Source: Mobula hypostoma
Taxonomy: Eukaryota
NCBI RefSeq assembly: GCF_963921235.1
Contig: NC_086108.1
Coordinates: forward strand, 9,672,001-9,736,000
Direction of reading: 5' to 3'
DNA: 64,000 nt
Positions within the stretch are counted from its first letter, which is position 1. Each line of letters starts with the position of its first letter. The notes below the pieces were generated by a model. That model had not been told where the DNA came from. It ran no database searches and worked only from the letters and a program-made list of their open reading frames with translations. Shown here in pieces: positions 11,640 through 23,056 of the stretch. The position numbers were made by a program, and so were the translations under genes.

Positions 11640-12845
11640 GTTGCCTGAGGTGCCGCGCCTGAAAGAGTTTGGGCACGTTCGGAAGAATTGCCCGAACCAT
11701 CGGGTGGCCAACTCTGCCTCAAAGGCTCAGGGTGATAGTGCTGGGACTTCCCCCAGTGACCCCGCTCTAGCTGCCCACCTCCCCAGCTGACCCCCCCCCA
11801 GCTGCTCCCCCTCCAGCTGATTCCCCTCCATCTGTCCCTCGCCCTGTTATCCCCCCTGTGCCACAGGCTGGTAAGTGGTGCCACTGTAGGGTGGTGTGGG
11901 GAGGTGTGAGGAGGTGAACGTGGCTTCGTTCGAGACTGCGCACTCAGAGCGCGTATTCCCAGGGGAGGGGCAAAGCCCTGTAGAACAGGGGCCGCCTGTG
12001 GGTACCAGATCACCAGTGGGATGGGTCTCTCAGACTGTTGCCCTAATGCCCAGCCGAGGAGCAGGCAGTCCACGAGGGGAACTGGAGTAACCCGGAATCG
12101 CCATCCCGTGCAGCTAGTCAGGGGGAGGGTGTCCCAAGAGGACAGGAGGGAGGGGAGTCTCCTAGTGTTGTTTCCAGGGAAGGTGACGAGGGTGTGGAGA
12201 TGGGTACGACCCAGCAAGGGGTCAGGAGGGAGGGGACTCTGTTAGTGCTGTTTCCAGAGAAGGTGACGAGGGTGCGGAGATGGGTACAACCCAGCAAGCT
12301 TGTGTCTGGGATGTGGGAGGAATTCTGGGTCCAGAGGTGGAGGGGTCTCCCTCGGTCACTGGTCCCGGGGATTGGGAAGAGCCCATGGTGGGGTCTACGG
12401 TTAGGATGAGGAGTGAGTTGGTCACATCGGGTGTTTTCTGACGACTACCTGGAGGGTGATGAGTACGTTGGACCCGTTGAGGGGGCAGAGGGGAACTCCT
12501 TTGAAGCCGGGATGGCAGACTTCCTCGACCCAACACCGAGTCACAGCCCGTCTCTCTGGAGGAGATCCGGCAGTTCGTGAGGGACTACGGGAGGAACCTT
12601 TTCAAGGCCCAGTTGCATCTGGAAGTGGTCGTTCTATCTATCTGTCTATTCTCCAAAGTGCTCGTTGGACCCAGACCTCAGAACACCACGCGGGAGAGGT
12701 TCCTATATAATGTGGGCCGTCTCGCGGGGATGCCCACCGTACCGTTCCATGACGCTCCGAAGTGTTTCTTGTACGGGCTGCTCCTGCACACCTTTCACTT
12801 CCTTGCCTTCGTCTGCCGACCGGACTCACCTTGGCGGTCTGTTCC
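11640..12845 (+). mobile_element. Decayed Tx1/L1-like LINE with apparent internal deletion (ORF1 zinc knuckle, ORF1 C-terminus, ORF2 C-terminal segment)
   Basis: 11651-11692 reads C-R-A-[C, 1-bp deletion]-KEFGHVRKNC (CX2CX4HX4C), followed by a Pro-rich linker. 12660-12840 encodes LVGPRP...RLAGMP.VPF...FLYGLLLHTFHFLAFVCRPDSPWR, which I recall as Tx1-type ORF2 post-RT sequence. The 5' boundary is uncertain and may extend to ~11300. Confidence 0.6.
12143..12298 (+). repeat. 80-bp imperfect tandem duplication within the Tx1-like remnant
   Basis: caggagggagggga at 12143 and 12223; ccagcaag at 12211 and 12291. Confidence 0.85.
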
Positions 12846-12888
12846 ATATATATCGCTAGGCTGCCTAAGACTTTTGCACAGTACTGTA
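12846..12888. mobile_element. Half of a Tc1/mariner-type MITE (one TIR plus TA)
   Basis: tgcctaagacttttgcacagtactg-ta; the reverse complement TA-cagtactgtgcaaaagtcttaggca is a Tc1-like terminus. No partner TIR seen. Confidence 0.55.
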
Positions 12889-13493
12889 GTGATTTTATGT
12901 ATTGCACTGTACAGCTGCTGCAAACAAAAACAAATTTCAAGACATATGTGATGATGATAAACCTGATTCTGATATGAGCCTCTATTGTGGACTAAGAGTG
13001 GGAAGGGGGCAGGGAGAAGGGAGGGGGTAGGAAGCACCAGGGAGGCATTCTGTAATGATCAATAAACTAATTGTTTGGAATCAAATGACCTTGCCTGGTG
13101 TCTCAGGGCTGGGTGTGTCTGCACCCACACCCACCCCCCCGCCCTGCCCCTCGCACTCCTTCTCTGCCACCCGTCCCACACCCCTCCTGCGGGACTCCAC
13201 CCTCACTATTCCAACCATCCTTTGCTCCCACTAGATTTACAAACTCACTCTCTGCTCTGCGTTGATAAATATAGTCCTGTGCAAACCCAACAACTGACAG
13301 TTCAACCCTCCCAGAGAATCCCAGAGATTCACAGCCCCACATCTCGGTTCTAAATGCTGACCCCTCACTCTGAGGCTGTGCTGCAGAATCGCCAGGCCTG
13401 GAAAACAATCTCTCAGCACCTAGCCTGCCCAGAATTCGCAGGTTCTAATTTAGGTCGAGCTTTAGTAACAACCAACTGTGCAAGAGGCAACAA

Positions 13494-13868
13494 CCGTGTG
13501 GTAGGGTTTGGAGGCTTGTGTGCCTCAGTGACCTGGAGAGCTATGTTGGCTGGAGTCAGGGCCTTGTGCTTCAGCTCTTAGTTGGGTCATCCATGCCAAA
13601 CAGGTCAAAGGGTAGAGACCAGACTAAGAGTGGTCAACCGGTCCTCCAGGTTCGGAGGTTCAGCTCAGGGCTAACAACCCTGACTGGTCAAAAAATATAC
13701 AGTTACAGAAACAGCAATGAAGAATCCTTCTATATATCTGTATGCAACGGTATGAGGCTGAAATGAGGACCCTGAACCACCTGTGAGGCACAACAGAGAA
13801 GATGGTCAAGGACAGACAGGAGAACCTTCATCGCTGCCCTAAAAGCCAGTGCCATAATGGACGATAAG
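13494..13868 (+). mobile_element. RTE-related non-autonomous repeat (uninterrupted copy)
   Basis: Homologous to 6505-7312 (minus). The ORF track shows the same pseudo-peptide PNRSKGRDQTKSG..VLQVR.FSSGLTTLTGQ in both. Confidence 0.7.
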
Positions 13869-14080
13869 TAATTTCACATAAGGATGAGCTGGGAGCCATC
13901 CGCAAGTGCTGCCGCCCTTTCAGAACCTCAGTGAGAAAAGTCCCACCTTGTGTAACCTCTCCTCAGCGGATGGGTCTCCCTCCTGTTGTCAGAGTTTCTC
14001 AGCATTCCACAAGGTGGGAGGTCTGATTTGGGTTGAGGAGAGGGACCGGGAAAGATGTTGACAGACCAGATACGCTAGAG

Positions 14081-14159
14081 CAAGGGTTCCCAGCCTATAG
14101 TCCACAGGCTCCTTGCCTAATGATATTGGTCCATGGCACTAAAAGTTTGGGAACCCCTG
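14081..14159. mobile_element. Short hAT/Charlie-like MITE
   Basis: Imperfect TIRs caagggttccca and tgggaacccctg (11/12 match). An 8-bp TSD is not clearly conserved. Confidence 0.5.
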
Positions 14160-14395
14160 CCTGAGATGGCGGCCACTGAAAACTATCCTTGGGCACGATG
14201 GAAGCAGATGGTCCTTTCAGGATGAGGAAGCTGAAGGAGCTGCAGAGGTAGAGGGAAAGGCCATGGGATTTTTCTGCTGGGAGCTGTAAGTTTTCATAAA
14301 GAGGCATTTTATGTTTAAGGGCAACTGCAACAACTCTTATTGCCCACCAAACACAGAACACAAGGTGTGGTAAAAACCTCACGTAATGCCTTTAG

Positions 14396-16581
14396 CATTA
14401 TCATGGAATAGGATAGATTCAGAGAGGACAGGAAAATTTTTAATTGGGGAAGGACAAATTATGAGGCTATAAGACTAGAACTTGCGGGTGTGAATTGGGA
14501 TGATATTTTTGCAGGGAAATGTACTATGGACATGTGGTCAATGTTTAAGGATCTCTTGCAGGATGTTAGAGATAAATTTGTCCCGATGAGGAAGATAAAG
14601 AATAGTAGGGTGAAGGAAACAAGAGAGGTGGAAAATCTAGTCAGGTGGAAGAAGGCAGCATACGGTACATGAGGTTTAGGAAGCAAGGATCAGATGGTCT
14701 ATTGAGGAATATAGGGAAGCAAGAAAGGAGCTTAAGAAGGGGCTGAGAAGAGCAAGAAGGGGGCATGAGAAGGCCTTGGCGAGTAGGGTAAAGGAAAACC
14801 CCAAGACATTCTTCAATTATGTGAAGAAAAAAAGGATGACAGGAGTGAAGGTAGGACCGATTAGAGATAAAAGTGGGAAGATACGCCTCGAGGCTGTGGA
14901 AGTGAGCGAGGTCCTCAATGAATATTTCTCTTCGGTATTCACCAATGAGAGGGAACTTGATGATGGTGAGGACAATATGAGTGAGGTTGATGTTCTGGAG
15001 CATGTTGATATTAAAGGAGAGGAGGTGTTGGAGTTGTTAAAATGCATTAGGACGGATAAGTCTCCGGGGCCTGACAGAATATTCCCTAGGCTGCTCCACG
15101 AGGTGAGGGAAGAGATTGCTGAGCCTCTGGCTAGGATCTTTATGTCCTCATTGTCCACGGGAATGGTACTGGAGGATTGGAGGGAGGCGAATGTTGTCCC
15201 CTTGTTCAAAAAAGGTAGTAGGGATAGTCCAGGTAATTATAGAGCAGTGAGCCTTACGTCTGTGGTGGGAAACTGTTGGAAAAGTTTCTTAGAGATAGGG
15301 TCTATGGGCATTTAGAGAATCATGGTCTATTCAGGGACAGTCAGCATGGCTTTGTGAAGGGCAGATCGTGTCTAACAAGCCTGATAGAGTTCTTTGAGGA
15401 GGTGACCAGGCATATAGATGAGGGTAGTGTAGTGGATGTGATCTACATGGATTTTAGTAAGGCATTTGACAAGATTCCACATGGTAGGCTTATTCAGAAA
15501 ATCAGAAGGCATGGGATCCAGGGAAGTTTGGCCAGGTGGATTCAGAATTGGCTTGCCTGCAGAAGGCAGAGGGTCATGGTGGAGGGAGTACATTCAGATT
15601 GGAGGGTTGTGACTAGTGGTGTCTCACAAGGATCGGTTCTGGGACCTCTACTCTTCGTGGTTTTTATTAACGACCTGGATGTGGGGGTAGAAGGGTGGGT
15701 TGGCAAGTTTGCAGACGACACAAAGGTTGGTGGTGTTGTAGATAGTGTAGAGGATTGTCAAAGATTGCAGAGAGACATTGATAAGATGCAGAAGTGGGCT
15801 GAGACGTGGCAGATGGAGTTCAACCCAGAGAAGTGTGAGGTGGTACACTTTGGAAGGACAAACTCCAAGGCAGAGTACAAAGTAAATGGCAGGATACTTG
15901 GTAGTGTGGAGGAGCAGAGGGATCTGGGGATACATGTCCACAGATCCCTGAAAGTTGCCTCACAAGTAGATAGGGTAGTTAAGAAAGCTTATGGGGTGTT
16001 AGCTTTCATAAGTCGAGAAGTAGAGTTTAAGAGTTGCAATGTAATGATGGAGCTCTAAAAACTCTGGTTAGGTCACACTTGGAGTACTGTGTCCAGTTCT
16101 GGTCACCTCACTGTAGGAAGGATGTGGAAGCATTGGAAAGGGTACAGAGGAGATTTACCAGGCTGCTGCCTGGTTTAGAGAGTATGGATTATGATCAGAG
16201 ATTAAGGGAGCTAGGGCTTTACTCTTTGGAGAGAAAGAGGATGAGAGGAGACATGATAGAGGTGTACAAGATAGTAAGAAGAATAGATAGAGTGGATAGC
16301 CAGCGCCTCTTCCCCAGGGCACCACTGCTCAATACAAGAGGACATGGCTTTATGGTAAGAGGTGGAAGTTCAAGAGGAAAGTATTTTACTCAGAGTGGTT
16401 GGCGCGTGGAATGCACTGCCTGAGTTGGTGGTGGAGGCAGATACACTAGTGAAGTCTAAGAGACTACTAGACAGGTATATGGAGGAATTTAAGGTGGGGG
16501 GGTTAAATGGGAGGCAGGGTTTGAGGGTCGGCACAACATTGTGGGGCGAAGGGCCTGTAATGTGCTGTACTATTCTATGTT
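14396..16581 (+). mobile_element. CR1 LINE, 5'-truncated, ORF2 (linker plus full RT) with several frameshifts, and 3' tail
   Basis: Successive ORFs 14490, 14776, 15276 and 16034 give KSPGPD, DWREANVVPLFKKG, NYRAVSLTSVVG, SQHGFVKGRSCLT, DFSKAFD, GVSQGSVLGP, FADD and LEYCVQFWSP. Ends tgtactattctatgtt. Confidence 0.95.
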
Positions 16582-17639
16582 AATGATGTCATCATGTCAG
16601 TCCAGCCTCTTAAAGTGAACCCCAACGCAATGTGGGTGGTTGTGAATTATGCATGTGTTTGCACCCATTACGTCGGGCTGAATGGCCTCCCCCTGTACGA
16701 GCTACAGACTCACTTTCAACCAATCTTCGCGACTCATCTTCCCCGTGTTATTTTGTATTTGCACAGATTGTCACTCTGGTTCTTTGTCTACCCTTGTTTA
16801 CGTGCGGTTTTTCATAGATTCTCTCGTATTTCTTTATTTTTTTCCTGTGGACGGCCTGGTTCCTCACTGAGTTCGCCGGCTGAAGTATCATGGGAGACTG
16901 AATCATTGAGTCTGGGACGCTGAGACAGCAAGACGTGTGCTTGCTGACCGCTGGCTGCTCTCGGAAGAAGGCCTCTCTGCTCGAGCGATCGCTCTCTCTC
17001 CCTCCCTTTCTGATGGAGAGTGAGAACCTGTCGCTCCTCGAGATGTGTTGTGGGGGGGGGGGGGCTCGGAGAATCAACGTGGAAGATTGTTACATCAAAC
17101 CAGCGAGCTGCTGGTCTCCAGTCTCATTATTGTTTTAGGAGTTACCTTTCTCTGCCTCGCTGGGGAGAGGGAGAGAGCCTGACTGAGATTCCGAAGTGCT
17201 GGGTTATGGACTGTAGTTTTGATGGACTCTAAATCTTTAGAGGATTCTGCTGGTGTTAGAGGGGCAGGGGTGGGGGCATCGATTCTTTTGCTGCTGATTG
17301 TGTGTCGGGGGGGACTTCAGGGTTCTGATGTTTCTATCACTCATTCTATGGGGTTTCTTGTATTGTGGATGTCTGTGAAGTGTAAAAATTTCAGGTTGTA
17401 TACTGTGTATATACTTTTAAAAAATTATATACCGTGTACATATTAAGAGGACCTTTGAGACTTTGAAAAAAATTAATCTTAAGGTATCATATAGTAATAT
17501 ATACGTACATTACTTTACCATTTCTTGTTGGAGTCACCTTATGTACTCCTGTACCTACTGTCACATTATAGACATACAATCAAGCTATGTATATAAGCTA
17601 ATCAGTATTTACATAATAGAATAAAAACTGTAATATAAT

Positions 17640-17995
17640 TATGGATGATGGGGCAGATATACGTCTCTACCAAAGCAGGCATAAAGTACTCCTTCCATCC
17701 ACCAGCCTGCAGGTCACCCTTGGGCAAGGTGTAGCACCTGCTTAGCCCCCCCGATCAGGGTCATGTGAAGCCATGGAAGCAGGTGGTGGATGGTCGTACG
17801 AGCAGCTGGCGCATATCACAAGACTTGGTTATGTGACCACTGACGCCTTGCAGGAGGGTATTGATAATGGCTGGGGTCGCCCGTCTTGTGAAGACACTGA
17901 CAAACCACTTCTGTAGAAAAATTTGCCAAGAGTAATCATGGTCATGTGACCGTAGTCACTCACCCACGTCATAGACATAGTACGTAATGATGACG
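17640..17995 (+). mobile_element. RTE-related SINE-like repeat
   Basis: Homologous to 4511-4885. 3' part caaaccacttctgtagaaaaatttgccaaga resembles the RTE/BovB-type tail. (tga)n-like end. Confidence 0.65.
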
Positions 17996-17996
17996 A

Positions 17997-18330
17997 GATA
18001 AGGGTGGATGTGAAGAGGATGTTTCCTATCATGTGAAAGTCTAGGACCAGAGAGCACAGCCTCAGAATAGAGGACATCCCTATAAAACAGAGATGAGGAA
18101 GAATTTCTCTAACTAGAGGGTGTTGAATCTGTGGAATTCGTTGTCACAGACAGCTATGGAGGCCAAGTCATTGGGTATACTTAAAGTGGAGGTTGAAAGT
18201 TTCGTGATTGGTGAGGGCATCCAGGTTTATGGGGAGAAGGCAGGAGAGTGGGTTGAGAGCCAAAATGGAGTGGTGGAGCAGACTCGATGGGCTGAATGGA
18301 ATAATTTTGCTCTTCTGTCTTATGGTTCTC
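17997..18330 (+). mobile_element. CR1 LINE 3' fragment
   Basis: Homologous to 9810-10150 (aggatgtttcctat...ctcagaatagagg...gaatctgtggaat). Confidence 0.8.
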
Positions 18331-18747
18331 TTTTACACTCGTGAGCTAATGAATGCCACTGAACAATCTCGAATCTTGAACCTTTGATCATAAATTTTCT
18401 TAAAAGCTTCATGTAAATGACAGAAAACAGAGCCCAATAGCACAAAGTAGCCATCTCCACTGGAAATTGAAGGCAATTCCAGCATCACCCCAGTTTCACA
18501 CTGGCAACTTCAGTGGGTGTTTGTGACCTGATATTCCAATCACAGCCCTTTATCTTCATGAACTACGGCTGTAATTATGGGTTGCTTAAGAGTGCTGTGA
18601 GAATTTATGGTTACACTTTAAACATTAGGCATACAAACAATGGCCATCCATTAAATGTCACTGGTGAAACAGCCTACATCGAACGCCTTGTCAACAAGTC
18701 CTGCCTCCAAACAGACTGTGAGATCATACCCAGGAACTCTTTTCTAC

Positions 18748-19302
18748 CAGGAGAAGCCTCACTTGCAGTATTGTGAGCAGATTTGGGTCCGTTATCTAAG
18801 AAAGGATGAACTGACATTGGAGAGAGTTCAAAGGAGATTCACGAGAATAATTCCAGGATTGAAAGGCTTATCATATGAGAAGTATTTGATGGCTCTGGGC
18901 CTCTACTTACTGGAATTCAGAAGAATGAAAGGTGACCTCATTGAAACCTATTGAATAGTCCACGATAGAGTGGAGAGGATGTTTCCTATGGTGGGGGAAT
19001 CTAACAACGGGCAAACAGCCTCAGAATAGAGGGGCATCCTTTTAGTATGGAGATGAGGAGGAATTTCTTTAGCCGAAGAGTGGTGAATCTGTGGAACTTG
19101 TTGTCACAGGCAGCAGTGCAGGCCAGGCCATTGGTATATTTAAGGCAGAGGCTGATAGATTTTTGATTAGTCAGGGCATGAAGGGGTACAGGGAGAAGGC
19201 AGGAGATTGGGGCTGAGAGGAAAATCTGATCGGCCATGATGAAATGGCGGAGCAGACTCGATGGGTCAAATGGCCTAATTCTGCTCCTATATCTTATGGT
19301 CT
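18748..19302 (+). mobile_element. CR1 LINE 3' fragment
   Basis: Encodes PHLQYCEQIW..YLRKD..TLERVQRRFTRIIPGLKGLSYE...GDLIETY. 3' UTR ends ctcctatatcttatggtct. Confidence 0.85.
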
Positions 19303-19396
19303 CAAAACATCGGTTGTTTCTTTCTCCTCAATACCCCTTTGCAGAGGGGGATGACCAGGTGACTGCTCCACACAAGGAGCGTTAACGTAACGTAGC

Positions 19397-19600
19397 TGGG
19401 CACGGCAGCATGGCGGTTAGCGCCATCACTTTACAGTGCCAGTGATCAATGACCTGGATTCAACTCCTGCCACTCCCCGTGCCTGCGTGGGTTTCCACCG
19501 GGTGCTCCAGTTTCCTCCAAAGACCTACAGATCAGGCTTAGTAGGTTGTGGGCATGATCCGTTGGCAACACTTGCAGGCTGCCACCAACATGACCCTTAC
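19397..19600 (+). mobile_element. tRNA-derived SINE
   Basis: A-box-like tggcggttagc, B-box-like ggattcaactcc, then the gcgtgggtttcc..cgggtgctccagtttcctcc core. Confidence 0.65.
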
Positions 19601-19602
19601 TG

Positions 19603-19837
19603 ATTTTATTTATTTATTTATTGAGATACAACATGGAGTAGGCCTTTCTGGCCCTTTGAACTGCATCGGCCAGCAATTCCTCAATTTAACCCGAGCCTAA
19701 TCACAGGACAATTTACAATGAACAATTACCCTACCGACCGGCACGACTTTGGACTGTGGGAGGAAACCAGAGCACCCGGAGGAAACCCACACGGTCACGA
19801 GGAGAACATACAAATTCCTTACAGGCAGTGGCGGGAA
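19603..19837 (-). mobile_element. tRNA-derived SINE (V-SINE-like), 5'-truncated
   Basis: (ttta)n tail at left, then ggactgtgggaggaaaccagagcacccggaggaaacccacacggtcac. Confidence 0.7.
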
Positions 19838-20977
19838 TCACTGACATGTTGTTTTGTGTTTTATATATAAAATTAAATTAAATAAATGCAAAAAGAGAGC
19901 AAAAGTAGTGAGGCAGTATCCTGTGTTCCTCGTCTGTTCAGAAACCTGATGGGGAAGTGCTTGGGCAAGGAGGGAGACGGGTGAAAATTCACCAGAGTAT
20001 TTGACGCACTGTTGCATGTTTCGATATACAAGTGACAGATAAAGCTCAGCTTTATCTTTAACGGGCACCTGTTAATAGAAGAACCCCACAGAAACGATGG
20101 GACTAGCCGGTCTAGTGCTTCTACAGAGGCAGCATCAGATCACTTGAGTCTAAGATAGTCCCAAGCTGTTTTCTGCAGGAAATAATTCATTGCAGATTGC
20201 AAAGCGAAGAGATATAATGACCTTGTTACTGACGGGGGTGTCTCAAGGATCAGTGCTTTGAGTGAGTCACTGTGGGGATGCTCAGAGAAACTGAGGAAGA
20301 CTTTCTTGTTGATACCAGTTCTTGACTCTGCTACAAAGCAGAGGGGACCACAGGGGGAAACAGCTCGCCCTTTGAGGAGAAAGCCAACCTGATGAAAGGT
20401 CACTAGACAGAAACATTAACTGTGCTTCTCTGTCTGTAGAGGCTCTGTGCCTGGGTGAGGCCGTCCTATGATCCCAGTTTGATTTTAGATTTTAAAGCTG
20501 TATTTTCCTTCAAGAATTGTGCTGGATGCCTGCTGATGTTAAAAAAATCTGCAGGCAGCCAAGCAGGAAGGAGCTGGGCATTAAATGTTATTCAGGCCAC
20601 AACGGGGGAGCCATGCCGCAGTTTGTGTGTGTCTGCTTGCTGAATGCTTAGCTTAGCAACGGTAACAGGGCAAGTCAAATCCCCGGTGAGCACTGATACA
20701 GGTATGGAGCATAAATTTAACAAGGTTTCTGTGCTAGATACTGCTTCCCAATGTGGTACAATTCTGAGGGAGGTGGGGGCTATCACTCATCCCCCACCTA
20801 CCATCCTTCTTCTGCAGATCCTCAGGTGGAGGTGATCGGCGTTAACTCCAGGCCTGGAGGGAGGTGGTCGGGGCTGTATGTGTGAATTCTTCGAATGTGG
20901 GGCTGTCACACAGCAGGCTTGTCTGAGCACAGGCCGAGTCCACTGACCCCAAGGTCCTCAATGACTGGAGACCACAG

Positions 20978-21040
20978 TCACACTCACAGACACACACACA
21001 CACAGACACATGCAGACACCCACACACAGACAGACAGACA

Positions 21041-21088
<48 letters not shown>

Positions 21089-21117
21089 TATGCATACATA
21101 CACACACTCACACTCAT
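20978..21117. repeat. Compound (CA)n/(CAGA)n microsatellite
   Basis: Directly visible. Confidence 0.95.
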
Positions 21118-21151
21118 ACTGATTGATTCACACAATGCACAATGTGCACAC

Positions 21152-21360
21152 ATCTCCCGTGGAGGGTCAGACACCCTGAGCCAATAGGCCGGTCCTGGAC
21201 TTATTTTCCATCTGGCAAAGTTTGCATTTTGTTGTTTGATTGTTTGTGGTTTTTGTATTGCTATATTTATGCTCTATTCTTGGTTGGTGCGGCTGTAATG
21301 AAACCTAATTTCCCTCGGGATCAATAAAGTATATCTATCTGTCTATCTATCTATCTATCT
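21152..21360 (+). mobile_element. LINE 3'-end fragment with aataaa and (tatc)n tail
   Basis: aatttccctcgggatcaataaagta followed by tatc repeats. Confidence 0.6.
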
Positions 21361-21705
21361 ACACAGATTTACACACACACACAACGCACAATGCTTTACT
21401 GATGAAGGGTCTTGGCCCAAACTTGTCATGGTGAACACTGGCAACGACTGGACCCAGGAGCAGAGGAAGGACAGACTCCCAAGTTGAGATGGAAACAAGA
21501 GGTTATACATAGGAAGTCCAACAGAGTATCAGTCTCACAACCGAGCGACACTGCAAGACAAATTGTTCTAAACACACAAGGGCCCTGTGATGAGCTTTAA
21601 GCAAGCATAGTTACGCAGAAAACACGTGTCAATCACAATAAACAAGATTGAACAGAAAGCACAAGGGCTTAATGACTGTTGTTAAGACACCAATTAGTAT
21701 ATCAC

Positions 21706-21825
21706 AAACACCAGAAAGTCTGCAGATGCTGGAAATCCAGAGCACCACACACAAAATACTGGAGGAACTCAGTAGGTCAGGCGGCACCTATGGAAAAGAG
21801 TCAACAATTGATGTTTCAGGATTGA
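21706..21825 (-). mobile_element. PLE pLTR fragment
   Basis: tctgcagatgctggaaatcc...ctggaggaactcagtaggtcaggcggca, same family as 5285-5350. Confidence 0.7.
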
Positions 21826-21879
21826 GAAGAAAGACCATAAGACAATAAGGCTATAAGACACAGGAACAGAATTAGGCCA

Positions 21880-22136
21880 CACACATCAAAGTTGCTGGTG
21901 AACGCAGCAGGCCAGGCAGCATCTGTAGGAAGAGGTGCAGTCGACGTTTCAGGCCGAGACCCTTCGTCAGGACTAACTGAAGGAAGAGTGACCTTCAGTT
22001 AGTCCTGACGAAGGGTCTCGGCCTGAAACATTGACTGCACCTCTTCCTACAGATGCTGCCTGGCCTGCTGCGTTCACCAGCAACTTTGATGTGTGTTGCT
22101 TGAATTTCCAGCATCTGCAGAATTCCTGTTGTTTGC
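21880..22136 (+). mobile_element. Fold-back PLE mini-element (inverted pLTR plus pLTR), 16-bp TSD
   Basis: 105-bp arms at 21879-21983 and 21992-22096 (2 mismatches) around an 8-nt loop. TSD gaacagaattaggcca at 21864-21879 and 22137-22152. Confidence 0.9.
21939..21974 (-). ncRNA. Minimal type I hammerhead ribozyme motif with intact core
   Basis: Minus strand reads AGUC-CUGACGA-AGG(gucucgg)CCU-GAAAC-GUC-GACU: stem I AGUC/GACU, stem II AGG/CCU, palindromic ACGU in place of stem III, GUC cleavage triplet. Confidence 0.75.
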
Positions 22137-22398
22137 GAACAGAATTAGGCCATTCAGCCATCGAGTCTTCTCCACCATTCCATCGTGGCTGCTCCCAGAT
22201 CCCATTCAACCCCATATACCTACCTTCTCACCATATCCTTTGATGCCCTCACCAATCACAAAACTATCAACTTCCGCCTTAAATATACGCATGGACGACC
22301 TCCACTGCAGTCTGTGGCAGAGCATTCCACAGATTCAGTACCCTCCGGCTAAAAATAATCCTCCTTACCTCTGTTCCAAAAGGTCGCTCCTCAATTTT
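22137..22398 (-). mobile_element. CR1 3' fragment, host of the fold-back element; its tail continues at ~21852-21879
   Basis: attccacagattcagtaccctc and aattaggccattcagcc are shared with the other CR1 ends. Confidence 0.75.
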
Positions 22399-23056
22399 AA
22401 GGGGGAGATGCCTGAATAAGAATATGGGGAGAGGGGAAAGAGGCTAGCAAGTAGGTGATAGGTAAATGCAGGTGTCAAGAAACCTAGCAATCTGGCCTTC
22501 TACAGCATGCCGTAGAGGCCCACAGGGCTTATGACAGAAATGTTGGCTGTTTATTCCTCTCCATGGATGCTGCCTGACCTATTGAGTTCCTCTGGCATTT
22601 GTTGTGCTTTGCTCTGTATCCCAGTACTGGTGACAATTGTAAGTACATACAAACAAAAACAATGGTTTGGTTTCAGGTTTCAGCATCTGCCGTTGTCTGT
22701 GCTTCTGCTCCTGCAGGCACATGACTCAACCCCTCCCCATTGCTGGCCCTTTAGATCACCGTGGATGCAGTCACAACACCTTGAGTAGCCTCTACACAAA
22801 ATTGTGTTTCTACACTCCGGGGGTGGGGGGGGGGGGCTGTGAATCTTCGGAATTCTCTCCGCCTTCTACTCGCGATGATCATGCTCGAGACTTAGATGGA
22901 TGTTGAATCTGAAGGGATTCAGAGAAATGGAGGAATGCAGCTTGTAAGTGGGCCAGGGGACAGAATCAGCCCACACGAGAAGGTGGCGATGCACCGGGCA
23001 GATGAATGACTCCACGGCTGCTTTGAACCTTTGCATGGTAACAGGCCCTGATCCTT

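Noticed and set aside
11291..12217. 308-aa minus-strand ORF as a host gene
   Set aside because: It is antisense to the GC-rich Tx1-like remnant, low in complexity, has no recognisable domain and has a non-ATG start.
14217..14250. Possible micro-exon (tttcag-GATGAGGAAGCTGAAGGAGCTGCAGAG-gtagag)
   Set aside because: The pyrimidine tract is short, the donor is weak, and there is no supporting neighbouring exon; it is indistinguishable from chance.
19397..19480. tRNA gene
   Set aside because: A/B-box-like motifs are degenerate, no cloverleaf is evident, and the sequence runs into a SINE core.
20842..21174. Cys/Val-rich and His/Thr-rich ORFs
   Set aside because: They are translations of the (CA)n microsatellite.
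21879..22096. miRNA precursor or DNA-transposon MITE
   Set aside because: The arms are PLE pLTR sequence also found as a solo copy at 6196-6318. The right side extends 40 bp beyond the inverted repeat before the TSD, so the termini are not TIRs.
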